Below, in pieces: positions 56,594 to 64,000 of a stretch of 64,000 bases of DNA. Numbering within the stretch: position 1 is the first letter of the stretch; each line of letters starts with the position of its first letter. The DNA comes from an uncultured archaeon (GTDB lineage: Archaea; Altiarchaeota; Altiarchaeia; IMC4; SCGC-AAA252-I15). A model generated the notes under the pieces. The model worked only from the letters and a program-made list of their open reading frames with translations. It was not told the DNA's origin and made no database searches. The translations under genes were made by a program, and so were the position numbers. The stretch lies in NCBI GenBank assembly GCA_964587725.1, contig CAZPLO010000001.1, positions 16,327 through 80,326 on the forward strand, in the 5' to 3' direction.

Positions 56594-57402
56594 CTCCGCA
56601 CCTGATAGTAAAGTAGTACGACAACCAGCGCAGCCAGTATTAATAGCGGCGTCCAAGGGGGGAGGCCGCCCTCACCCGCCTCCACAATGGACACCATGCC
56701 ATTGGCGGCCGCGCTGTAGTGGAAGTCCTCCTCAGCGTAGTCCATGGTCGCGAAAACAACGTAGCTGGACCCAGGCAGCGCCCCGAACGATTTCACCGGA
56801 AAAGACAGCCGGCTTATGCCCCGGGCTGGGACTTCAATGTCTCTGACGTAGTAGTTGGCTGCGAGTTCATCCGGGAGGTGCAGGCGGACGGTGACGTCAT
56901 GGGGTTTTTCGTCTAGGTTGCTGACCTCCAGGCGTAGGTCGCCTCCTTGTTCAGGGGTTATCTTGAGCTCCTCCACGGCTCCGCGAAGGCGGAACGGGGT
57001 GGGGTTCATGTAGCGTATGAACAGGGGGGAGATGGTGGAGAAGGGGTATGCGTTGGCGTCAGTGTAATGCGTCTTCAACACCACCGCATAGGTTCCCGGC
57101 TTCACGGAGTCGTTGACGGACACGGTGTAGGAGTGCGTCTGGGGTGCATTGGGGTTGAGCACGCCCAGGTGCGCCGGTTCAGCGGTGAAGCCTTCCGGAA
57201 GCACCAAATCCACTTGGACGTCGTATGCCGGCTCGTCGCCGGTGTTCAACACGGTCACGTTCAATGGGAAAGAGTCTTCCGTTACCACCTCCGTCTGCGC
57301 CACAGACACCGTCATCTGTATGTAGGATGCCGAACAAGACCCCGACAGAAGGCATAAGACTAAAAACGCGTTTAAAAGTCCGTCTTTCATGAAATCAGCC
57401 AC
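56590..57402 (-). CDS. Secreted CARDB/DUF11-like Ig-fold protein with C-terminal TM anchor
   Basis: Signal peptide (LLNAFLVLCLLSGSCSA). Two beta-sandwich-like modules (NVTVLNTGDEPAYDVQVDL..., LRLEVSNLDEKPHDVTVRL...). C-terminal TM followed by RR. Confidence 0.55.
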   Translation of the reverse strand: MADFMKDGLLNAFLVLCLLSGSCSASYIQMTVSVAQTEVVTEDSFPLNVTVLNTGDEPAYDVQVDLVLPEGFTAEPAHLGVLNPNAPQTHSYTVSVNDSVKPGTYAVVLKTHYTDANAYPFSTISPLFIRYMNPTPFRLRGAVEELKITPEQGGDLRLEVSNLDEKPHDVTVRLHLPDELAANYYVRDIEVPARGISRLSFPVKSFGALPGSSYVVFATMDYAEEDFHYSAAANGMVSIVEAGEGGLPPWTPLLILAALVVVLLYYQVRR

Positions 57403-57451
57403 TCCCTTTTAATTGGAAATCAATATTATTAACTAGTCGGTTAATAAAAGA

Positions 57452-59176
57452 ATGAATTTCTTAAGACGGCGTGGGCGCGCGGGGCAGGCGGGTTTGGAGA
57501 GCATAATACTCTACGGGGGCGTCATAGTCGTCTTGGCCGTGGGCTTGGTGGTGGTGTGGCAGAGCGGCATCCTCCGCCCCTTCCTGGGCCTCAAAGGCTA
57601 CGTGGGATTCAGCCAGGTGGTGCCTGAGGACTGGTCTGTGGGCGTGGACAACGTAGCCTACATGAGTTTGAAGAACACCGGCAGCGCGCCGGTCAACATA
57701 CACGCCCTCGGCGTCGACGTACGTGTTGGGAGGGTACAGTGTGAGCCCTCTCCTCTGGAGGCGGAGGCCGTGCAGCCTGGAGGCGGAGCCATACTGACGT
57801 TCATATGCCCCGGCCCGCCGCCGATAAACGATGAATACGAGGTCGGAGACTACTACGAAGCGGACGTCACCATAAACTACACCAACCTTGTTTCAAACCG
57901 GTTCCACCAGAGCGTGGGCAAACTATACGGTCTCATGGAGGTCGCGGACCTTCCCATCCCAACCACCGTCACCACCATGACGGGAACGACGCTGCCGTGC
58001 GGATGCTTTGAATGCGAATGCAACAAGTCGGGGGAGATAGATGAGGAAAACTGTGAGAAAATACGGTACGGACAGAGCTGCGACTACTGCCCGGAGAGAC
58101 TGGACCTGGACGGCAAGCGGAAGTGCTGGTACAGGGGCAAATGCGGGGACAACTGCAACATCAACAAGGACTGCGTGGACCGCAACGCCAACTACGGACA
58201 CCTTAACGTCTGCAGGGACTGCGTGGACGGAAAGTGCAGGGAGAGCTCGCACCCCTGGTATCCATCCTGCGGCCAGTGCGATTCGGAGGACGCGGGCACA
58301 CTCTACAGCCCTAAATGCGACGGCGAAGAATGCCCGTACTGCCAGAGGGAGTGGGTGCAGTTGAGCGAGCTCCCCGGCGAAAGCGAAGGATACTATAGTT
58401 ACTCCTGCACCACAGGAGACGACTGCGGGGACTCCTGCCTGAACTTCGGAGACGACGTGTACGAGGAGTGCCAGGTACGGTGCGTGCACTGCAGCGAAAC
58501 CCCTGGCGGAGAGCCCACCTGCAGCCAGGGAAGCTGCGGGGAACGCTGCAGCGTAACAGACGACCCCACCTGCAACAGAGGCTGCCTGTGGTGCAACCTC
58601 ACAACGTACAAGTGCGAATTGGGAGACTGCGGCAGACCCTGCGTGATAGGGGACGACGCCTGCCAGCTCGGCTGTGATACTTGCTGGGACGGACGGTGCG
58701 TCGACACCGAAGTAGGCGTCACCATAGACGCGCACAACGGCACCGGCGGAGACGTGGTGGCTGAGAACACCACCATCCACCTGGACGTCCGCGGAGAATG
58801 CGACGACGGAATACACCGGATTCTGGTCAGCAACAGCATACCTCTGCCCCGTGGATTCGACGGCATCACCAGCTGCAGGGACGTGGCCAACGACCGAAAC
58901 AGGCTCGGCGCGATAGAGGATCCGTACGGCGACCCCCAGACTGCGGAGTGGATGAACACGTGGAACATAACCTGGAACGACACATATAGCTGCGGCGGCG
59001 TGAGCCCCTGCGCCAACGTGTGGGAGACCAACGAGTCCGAGATAAACGTTTACTGTTATTTCGCATTGGCTCAGAAGCAGACGCTGTTCGGCGGAGGCAG
59101 GTGGAGCATGATAGCGTCCGACTACATCCAGGTAGGGGACATCGACGTCTACCTTGCTTTCCCGCCTCCCTTTTAG
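57452..59176 (+). CDS. Pilin-like protein with class III signal peptide and hyper-Cys-rich extracellular region (574 aa, more than 60 Cys)
   Basis: MNFLRRRGRAG|QAGLESIILYGGVIVVLAVGLVVV is a QxxxE prepilin-like start followed by a hydrophobic helix. Residues about 185-400 are packed with CxxC, CGxC and DCxDGKC-type motifs. Confidence 0.6.
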   Translation: MNFLRRRGRAGQAGLESIILYGGVIVVLAVGLVVVWQSGILRPFLGLKGYVGFSQVVPEDWSVGVDNVAYMSLKNTGSAPVNIHALGVDVRVGRVQCEPSPLEAEAVQPGGGAILTFICPGPPPINDEYEVGDYYEADVTINYTNLVSNRFHQSVGKLYGLMEVADLPIPTTVTTMTGTTLPCGCFECECNKSGEIDEENCEKIRYGQSCDYCPERLDLDGKRKCWYRGKCGDNCNINKDCVDRNANYGHLNVCRDCVDGKCRESSHPWYPSCGQCDSEDAGTLYSPKCDGEECPYCQREWVQLSELPGESEGYYSYSCTTGDDCGDSCLNFGDDVYEECQVRCVHCSETPGGEPTCSQGSCGERCSVTDDPTCNRGCLWCNLTTYKCELGDCGRPCVIGDDACQLGCDTCWDGRCVDTEVGVTIDAHNGTGGDVVAENTTIHLDVRGECDDGIHRILVSNSIPLPRGFDGITSCRDVANDRNRLGAIEDPYGDPQTAEWMNTWNITWNDTYSCGGVSPCANVWETNESEINVYCYFALAQKQTLFGGGRWSMIASDYIQVGDIDVYLAFPPPF

Positions 59177-59183
59177 GTTTAAG

Positions 59184-62100
59184 ATGAGCAGAGGCTACGT
59201 GGTCACCTGGGACGCGCTGATTGCCCTCAGCTTCGTCCTCTTCCTGATGGTGGGTTTCATAGGCGTACAGTACTTCGGCCGCGTCGCCCGCGGAGGCAGC
59301 GCCTTCGAACGCGCTCACGCGGTGGCCGAGAACGCCATGGACACCATGAACCGCCAGGGTGTGCTGGAGGAGATAGCCCAGGAGTGGGCTCTCGGAAACA
59401 ACGCGTCCGCAGGAAACCTAACCAAAGAATACTTCGACAACGTAATACCCCCGCAGATGGGATACCGCCTTGAGGCCGTCACCCCCGGGGGTGTGAAGGC
59501 CATATACGGCAGCGGAGACGACCGGCCCCCGGAAGAAGACGCCACGGACCAGACCAAAGCCTCCAGACACCTCTCCGGATACAAGGAGGACGCCCCCAGG
59601 TCGGGGTGGACGGGCCGCGCGTGGCTCATAGAAAACCAGAGCTGGTCCGTAAACCTCGTCTCGAACAGGAGCTCTTTTTTCCCGGGCTGGGAGAGCGTGT
59701 CCCTGAAATACAGTCCTGTTCCCCTGAGAAACAACACATTCTATCTCTTGGTGCCGGGTGGAAGCAGCCTTAAACACGCCTCCTTCAACGTCAGCTGGGA
59801 GGGGGGGTCGGTCCCCTCCTACACCACCTTAACCTCTTCATCCAGTTCGTCGTCCTCCAGCTCAACCTCCTCTTCCTCCACCACGGAGCCGAGGGACTGC
59901 CACGACTGTCCGCCAGGAGAAGGCTGCGGCACACCCGGATGGCATGAGATGTCCGGGGACGACTACAACTACCACAACTTCACCATCGGTTCTGGGGACA
60001 GCTGCAACCTCAACCTTAACATATACCGGGAACCGGCCAACCACATGCTGGGGTTCAACCTCTATGACATATACTTCAACCGGATGGACTACTGCGAGCC
60101 CTGCCCGCCGGATGACCCTAACTGCCAGTGCATGTGCAGCCACCCCGAGAGCAGGCCGGACCTGAGGCCCTGGGACTGCGAGACCATAGACATTTTCTAC
60201 GAAAGCTACGAATCCTGTCCAGTGCCGGACCTGCCTCCCGGAACCTACGAGATTATGGTGGACTGCTGGAACCCTGAGGGGATTTCAGTCGACTTCTGCC
60301 CCGGCAGATACTACGTGTACGTAACCTCCGACGGCGGCGACAACTGCCCCAACGACCCGCCCCCGTCCTTCTCCACATCAACTTCCACCGCGGCGACCAC
60401 CGTGGAGGAACCGGGCATGATAGCGCACTGGAAGTTCGACGAAAGCACCGGGCAGATTGCCCTAGACTCCATAGGCGACCACGACGGCACCCTGTACGGG
60501 CCCGAGCGAACGGATGATGCGGTGGACGGACGGGCTTTGTATTTCACCGGCACCGGCGACCTAGTCAGCGTACCCGACGATTCCGCTCTGGATTTGGCGG
60601 AATTCACCCTTGTGGCGTGGATTAAAATGGACAGCAGCGCCCAGCTAGACAATTACCCCGCCATAGTGGGTAAGGGAACGGGGGGTAACAGTAACAGAAA
60701 CTACCGGATGGGGGTGATACAGGCCTCAGGGACAGCTGAGGGAGGCTTCCACAACACCGCCGGGGGATGGATTTCCGTTGAGGGAGATTACGTGGGAGAC
60801 AACACCTGGCACCATGTGGTGTTAACCTATGACCGGTCCCATCTGAGGATATACGTGGACGGTGAAGAACCAAACTCCTTACCGGCGACCGGCACGCCCG
60901 CAACAAACAACGAACCCCTGGAGATAGGCAATGTTGAAGGTGATGATTTAAAGGGTATCGTAGACGACGTGAGGATGTACAATTACGCCCTTGACGCGGG
61001 GGAGGTTCAGTCCATCTACGATGAAACAAGGCCGGACAACAAGGGAGACGCCTGCACCGAGGACAGCGACTGCATGTCGGGGAACTGCGCGCCAGACTAC
61101 GACGGGGATGGAAGCTGGTGTGCTCCGGCGGGCAACTGCGCCCACAGCCCCACCAGCTCATGCGATGAAACCTGCTACGGATACCGACAGGGAGACTACG
61201 GCGCAGACTGCATAGACGACACCCACCTGCACCAGTGCGACCCGGACGGAAACGGCGACGGGGTGTGGGGAATCGTTCTCTGCCCGGTATGCAGTCCCGC
61301 GGAGCCGGAACCCAAGGACACCCCCTGCATAGGAAGGTGGATGTGCCAGGACACCGGCGGCCATGCCTCCTGCGACGCAGGCTGCACCAGAGACGGGGCG
61401 GCATGCGACTTCTGCGGAAGCTACGCCAGGGACACGCCAGGAAGCGACACTTGGTACGACGGAGAATGCCTGGCCGGGGTGTGCGAGACCGTTAAGATAG
61501 AGTGCCAGCGTTGTATGTCCTGCAGGAACCTGTCACAGTACGAGTGTTTGTGCACGGCAACCGGAGGCGTCAACAACTACGTCTACGGCGAGGAGGATAA
61601 CGTGGGACCCAACACCTGCTACGGAACACAATACTGTGACGGCGCGGGGGGCTGCCTGTCGCCGGTAACATGCTCCAACTGGCCCATCAACATAATATAT
61701 GAGTCAGATATGTGCTCCGACTCGTGGGACTGCGACGACGACGGAAGCGAAGACGGCAACCACACGAGGTTAAGCTGGAGAAACCATGGTTCCGGAGACT
61801 ACTACATTGGGGGGTGGCACGAGTATGATGACCCTGTGGAGGAATGGACTCACACGAACCGGGACGACGATGACGTCTCCATAGGGGTGGAGCAGGTAGA
61901 TTTTGACGGAAGCCCCTACGTACACCACGGCTCCTCATTCGACTTCACAGCCTACGTGGGGGAGGGAGTCGACACGTTAAGCTTTGGCTTCTCTGCCATG
62001 CCAAGAGGCAACTGCTATGAAACAGTAGAACTCTACGCCTCCGGAACCCTGCTGGGATCCTGCGACATAGGGGGCGTGGACTGCAACAACGACAACCTGC

Positions 62101-62300
62101 TACCCCCCGTAGGTGATTCGGTGTGGCATTACTGCACCATAGATGTGAGTGGAATCCAGGGCGGGGGACCGGTGACGCCGGGTGCGGTCAACACATTCAA
62201 CGTCGAATTCCCGCTGCTCCCCGGTGTTTCTGGACCGATGGGTTGCAGCGCGTACCCGTGCACCATGTTCATCGACGCGATAGGTATTACATGCGGCTGA
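59184..62300 (+). CDS. Giant pilin-like adhesin (about 1038 aa) with LamG/ConA-like lectin domain and Cys-rich modules
   Basis: Internal ATG of track ORF 59154..62300. MSRG|YVVTWDALIALSFVLFLMVGF N-terminus. Central LamG-like signature (...GRALYFTGTGDLVSVPDDSALDLAEFTLVAWIKMDS...WHHVVLTYDRSHLRIYVDGEE...DDVRMYNYAL). Ser linker SSSSSSSSSSTSSSS. Many Cys. Confidence 0.6.
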   Translation: MSRGYVVTWDALIALSFVLFLMVGFIGVQYFGRVARGGSAFERAHAVAENAMDTMNRQGVLEEIAQEWALGNNASAGNLTKEYFDNVIPPQMGYRLEAVTPGGVKAIYGSGDDRPPEEDATDQTKASRHLSGYKEDAPRSGWTGRAWLIENQSWSVNLVSNRSSFFPGWESVSLKYSPVPLRNNTFYLLVPGGSSLKHASFNVSWEGGSVPSYTTLTSSSSSSSSSSTSSSSTTEPRDCHDCPPGEGCGTPGWHEMSGDDYNYHNFTIGSGDSCNLNLNIYREPANHMLGFNLYDIYFNRMDYCEPCPPDDPNCQCMCSHPESRPDLRPWDCETIDIFYESYESCPVPDLPPGTYEIMVDCWNPEGISVDFCPGRYYVYVTSDGGDNCPNDPPPSFSTSTSTAATTVEEPGMIAHWKFDESTGQIALDSIGDHDGTLYGPERTDDAVDGRALYFTGTGDLVSVPDDSALDLAEFTLVAWIKMDSSAQLDNYPAIVGKGTGGNSNRNYRMGVIQASGTAEGGFHNTAGGWISVEGDYVGDNTWHHVVLTYDRSHLRIYVDGEEPNSLPATGTPATNNEPLEIGNVEGDDLKGIVDDVRMYNYALDAGEVQSIYDETRPDNKGDACTEDSDCMSGNCAPDYDGDGSWCAPAGNCAHSPTSSCDETCYGYRQGDYGADCIDDTHLHQCDPDGNGDGVWGIVLCPVCSPAEPEPKDTPCIGRWMCQDTGGHASCDAGCTRDGAACDFCGSYARDTPGSDTWYDGECLAGVCETVKIECQRCMSCRNLSQYECLCTATGGVNNYVYGEEDNVGPNTCYGTQYCDGAGGCLSPVTCSNWPINIIYESDMCSDSWDCDDDGSEDGNHTRLSWRNHGSGDYYIGGWHEYDDPVEEWTHTNRDDDDVSIGVEQVDFDGSPYVHHGSSFDFTAYVGEGVDTLSFGFSAMPRGNCYETVELYASGTLLGSCDIGGVDCNNDNLLPPVGDSVWHYCTIDVSGIQGGGPVTPGAVNTFNVEFPLLPGVSGPMGCSAYPCTMFIDAIGITCG

Positions 62301-62338
62301 CGGGCCTGTATTTAAGTCCGAATTCCATAATATAATGG

Positions 62339-62839
62339 ATGGCTTCGGTGATGAAATCCGCTGTTGTTCGCAACATTCTATCGGAGTCCATGAGCGAAAA
62401 CCACATCTGCGTCCTGGATAAGCTGTCCGGGCCCAAGTACGACGAAGACATCGCGTCCGATCTGGGACTGAAGGCCACCATTATTCGAACACTGTTGAAC
62501 GACCTTCACCAGAATAGCCTCGTCGAGTACCAGAGGACGAAAAACAAGAGGACCGGGTGGTACACGTACCTGTGGGTTAGGCGGGAGGACAAGATAAAGG
62601 ACTACGTGCAGGGATACCTGAAAACGCAGCTTTTAGACCTTAACGACCGCCTTGGGGATGAGACGAACGTGGTGACGTTCCAGTGCGAGTGCATGCGCGT
62701 CCCCTATGACGCGGCTATGGAGGCGGGTTTCATATGCCCCCGCTGCAGTAAGCCGTTTGTGGAGTGCGACAACAGCCTGGTCATCGACGGGATAGTTAGC
62801 GAGGTCGCCCGCATAAACAGTCTGCTGGAGCAGACGTGA
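62339..62839 (+). CDS. tfe: Transcription factor E (TFE, TFIIE-alpha homolog)
   Basis: N-terminal winged helix (...ICVLDKLSGPKYDEDIASDLGLKATIIRTLLNDLHQNSLVEY...) plus C-terminal Zn ribbon (FQCECMRVPYDAAMEAGFICPRCSKPF). Confidence 0.8.
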   Translation: MASVMKSAVVRNILSESMSENHICVLDKLSGPKYDEDIASDLGLKATIIRTLLNDLHQNSLVEYQRTKNKRTGWYTYLWVRREDKIKDYVQGYLKTQLLDLNDRLGDETNVVTFQCECMRVPYDAAMEAGFICPRCSKPFVECDNSLVIDGIVSEVARINSLLEQT

Positions 62840-62840
62840 G

Positions 62841-63356
62841 ATGTCTGAGTTAAGCAGGGAAGACGCCATCCGGTTGCTGTCAGATAACAATACACCCCAA
62901 AGAGTTATTGAACATTGTTTAACCGTTTCTTCTTTGGCTGTTGGGATTGCAGAGAAAATAAGGGCTGCCGGCCATGAAGTCGACGTCGAATTCATAGAAA
63001 CAGCCGCCTTATTACACGACATCGGACGCTCCAGGACACAGGAGATGCGGCACAACGTAGAAGGCGCCGACATACTGAAAAAGTATCCGAGGTACGCTCG
63101 AGTGGCTGAACGCCACATCGGGGCAGGCATAACAAAAGCTGAGGCCGCCGAACTCGGACTGCCCGCTAAAGACTATCTGCCTGAAACACTGGAGGAGGGG
63201 ATAATAGCGTACGCAGACAACCTCGTGGACGAAGACCGCGTAGTCAGCTTCGATGAAACTCTGGACAGGTTCAAACGGGAACTCGGACCACAACACCCCG
63301 CAGTCGGACGGCTTAAGAAACTGCACAGGAGAATAACCGAGATAGGGGGTAGTTAG
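62841..63356 (+). CDS. HD-domain phosphohydrolase
   Basis: H...HD motif (ALLHDIGRS) and downstream His/Asp residues (AERHIGAG, AYADNL); 171 aa. Confidence 0.75.
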   Translation: MSELSREDAIRLLSDNNTPQRVIEHCLTVSSLAVGIAEKIRAAGHEVDVEFIETAALLHDIGRSRTQEMRHNVEGADILKKYPRYARVAERHIGAGITKAEAAELGLPAKDYLPETLEEGIIAYADNLVDEDRVVSFDETLDRFKRELGPQHPAVGRLKKLHRRITEIGGS

Positions 63357-64000
63357 ACGAACATGCTGTTTCTGCGGCGCATGGAATAATACAGGTAGCC
63401 GAGAACGGTCAGCAGAAGCATGGACACCATGACCGCCGCCCGGTTGGAATAAATCAGCGAGAAAACCATGTTGGCTAAGACGAAGGTCCTGTCCTGGACA
63501 ACCCTGACGTCCGGCACATCCAATCCGCCGCCGGGCAGGGGAATCCTCAAAGGCTCCAAGACAGTGACCTCCGACATTTCACGTGACCTCAGACTGCCGG
63601 CGGAGTCATATGCGGCTACGGAGAGGTTATGCCTGACGCCCGCGCCCTCCGAAACCGACACCTCCCAGACCACCGACTCCGGCACACCCGCCTCCAAATC
63701 CAATGTCACCCCAGCCGGTGAGCTAAGAACCATGCCTTCAGAGTCCATGAAGCTCAGGTTCACACCGTTTACGTCCCTGGTGGACTGGACTTCAGCCTCC
63801 ACAGTGAATTCCTCGCCAGGGTGGACGTAGTTCCTCGAACGAAGCCTCAAGGTGATGTTAAATTCTGAAGTGGAAACCACGTCCGCTTCACGTATAGATG
63901 GAACATCCTCCGACACAGAATACCCCCCATGTCTCCCCCCACCGAGGGTGGTGGTTGTAGAAGACACGGAGGTGGTGGATGTTGTCGTAGAGGATGTGGT
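63353..64000 (-). CDS. Partial (C-terminal part) Thr-rich surface protein with C-terminal TM anchor; N-terminus lies beyond the window
   Basis: The minus-strand reading frame is open to the window edge (…TTSSTTTSTTSVSSTTTTLGGG...); beta-sandwich-like segment; TM (VMVSMLLLTVLGYLYY) followed by RRR. Confidence 0.5.
   Translation of the reverse strand, partial: TTSSTTTSTTSVSSTTTTLGGGRHGGYSVSEDVPSIREADVVSTSEFNITLRLRSRNYVHPGEEFTVEAEVQSTRDVNGVNLSFMDSEGMVLSSPAGVTLDLEAGVPESVVWEVSVSEGAGVRHNLSVAAYDSAGSLRSREMSEVTVLEPLRIPLPGGGLDVPDVRVVQDRTFVLANMVFSLIYSNRAAVMVSMLLLTVLGYLYYSMRRRNSMFV

Overview
This is a GC-rich (about 60%) archaeal chromosomal segment. Gene content such as the exosome, proteasome, aIF1A, TFE, Pcc1 and class III signal peptide pilins marks it as archaeal, but I cannot assign a lineage from sequence alone. 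I recognised no rRNA, tRNA, CRISPR array, transposase or integrase.

The window has four parts.

(1) 1-13.1 kb is a dense housekeeping block, mostly on the minus strand. It holds an NMD3-like fragment, rpl39e (a 51-aa gene missed by the ORF track), trxB, RIO kinase, aIF1A and hisI. It also holds the conserved exosome-proteasome superoperon in the order eIF2B-like, HTH protein, psmA, sdo1, rrp4, rrp41, rrp42, rpl37ae, rpoP, pcc1, pfdB. A ThiI-like THUMP protein and an orphan FlaI/PilB-family ATPase follow on the same strand.

(2) 13.2-39.2 kb is a cell-surface and filament island. It contains a 1705-aa beta-helix surface protein with a C-terminal TM anchor, a truncated NFACT/Rqc2-like protein, and an AglB/STT3-like oligosaccharyltransferase. 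A FlaH-FlaI-FlaJ-like operon sits divergent from five class III signal peptide (DUF361-type, QxSxEY) pilin genes. A Tad-like locus follows, with a TadA-like ATPase, two single-domain TadB/TadC-like platform proteins and an embedded KaiC-like ATPase. GT4 and GT39-like glycosyltransferases and a second KaiC-like ATPase coupled to a wHTH-containing partner complete this part.

(3) 39.2-46.4 kb holds tpiA, a DUF460 RNase-H-like protein, purF, argJ, rhomboid, DUF2085, nitroreductase, glutaredoxin, ferredoxin and a PC4-like small protein.

(4) 46.4-62.3 kb is a second pilin/adhesin island. It has three pilin-like genes, including a 749-aa adhesin. It has a 702-aa secreted protein with four Cys-rich domains separated by Thr linkers, which carries a perfect 363-bp tandem duplication. 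Glycosylation-type membrane proteins (DUF2079, GT2, a large GT-C-like protein) and a CARDB-like protein sit in the middle. Two giant pilin-like proteins follow, one hyper Cys-rich and one with a LamG-like lectin domain. The window ends with TFE, an HD-domain protein and a partial Thr-rich anchored surface protein.

The most unusual content is the multiplicity of type IV filament components coupled to KaiC-like ATPases (three FlaI-family ATPases, three KaiC-like ATPases, three platform proteins, at least ten prepilin-like proteins), together with the Cys-rich pilin-like giants.

Coordinates taken from the ORF track are exact. Coordinates I refined by hand, such as internal starts and intergenic motifs, may be off by a nucleotide or so.
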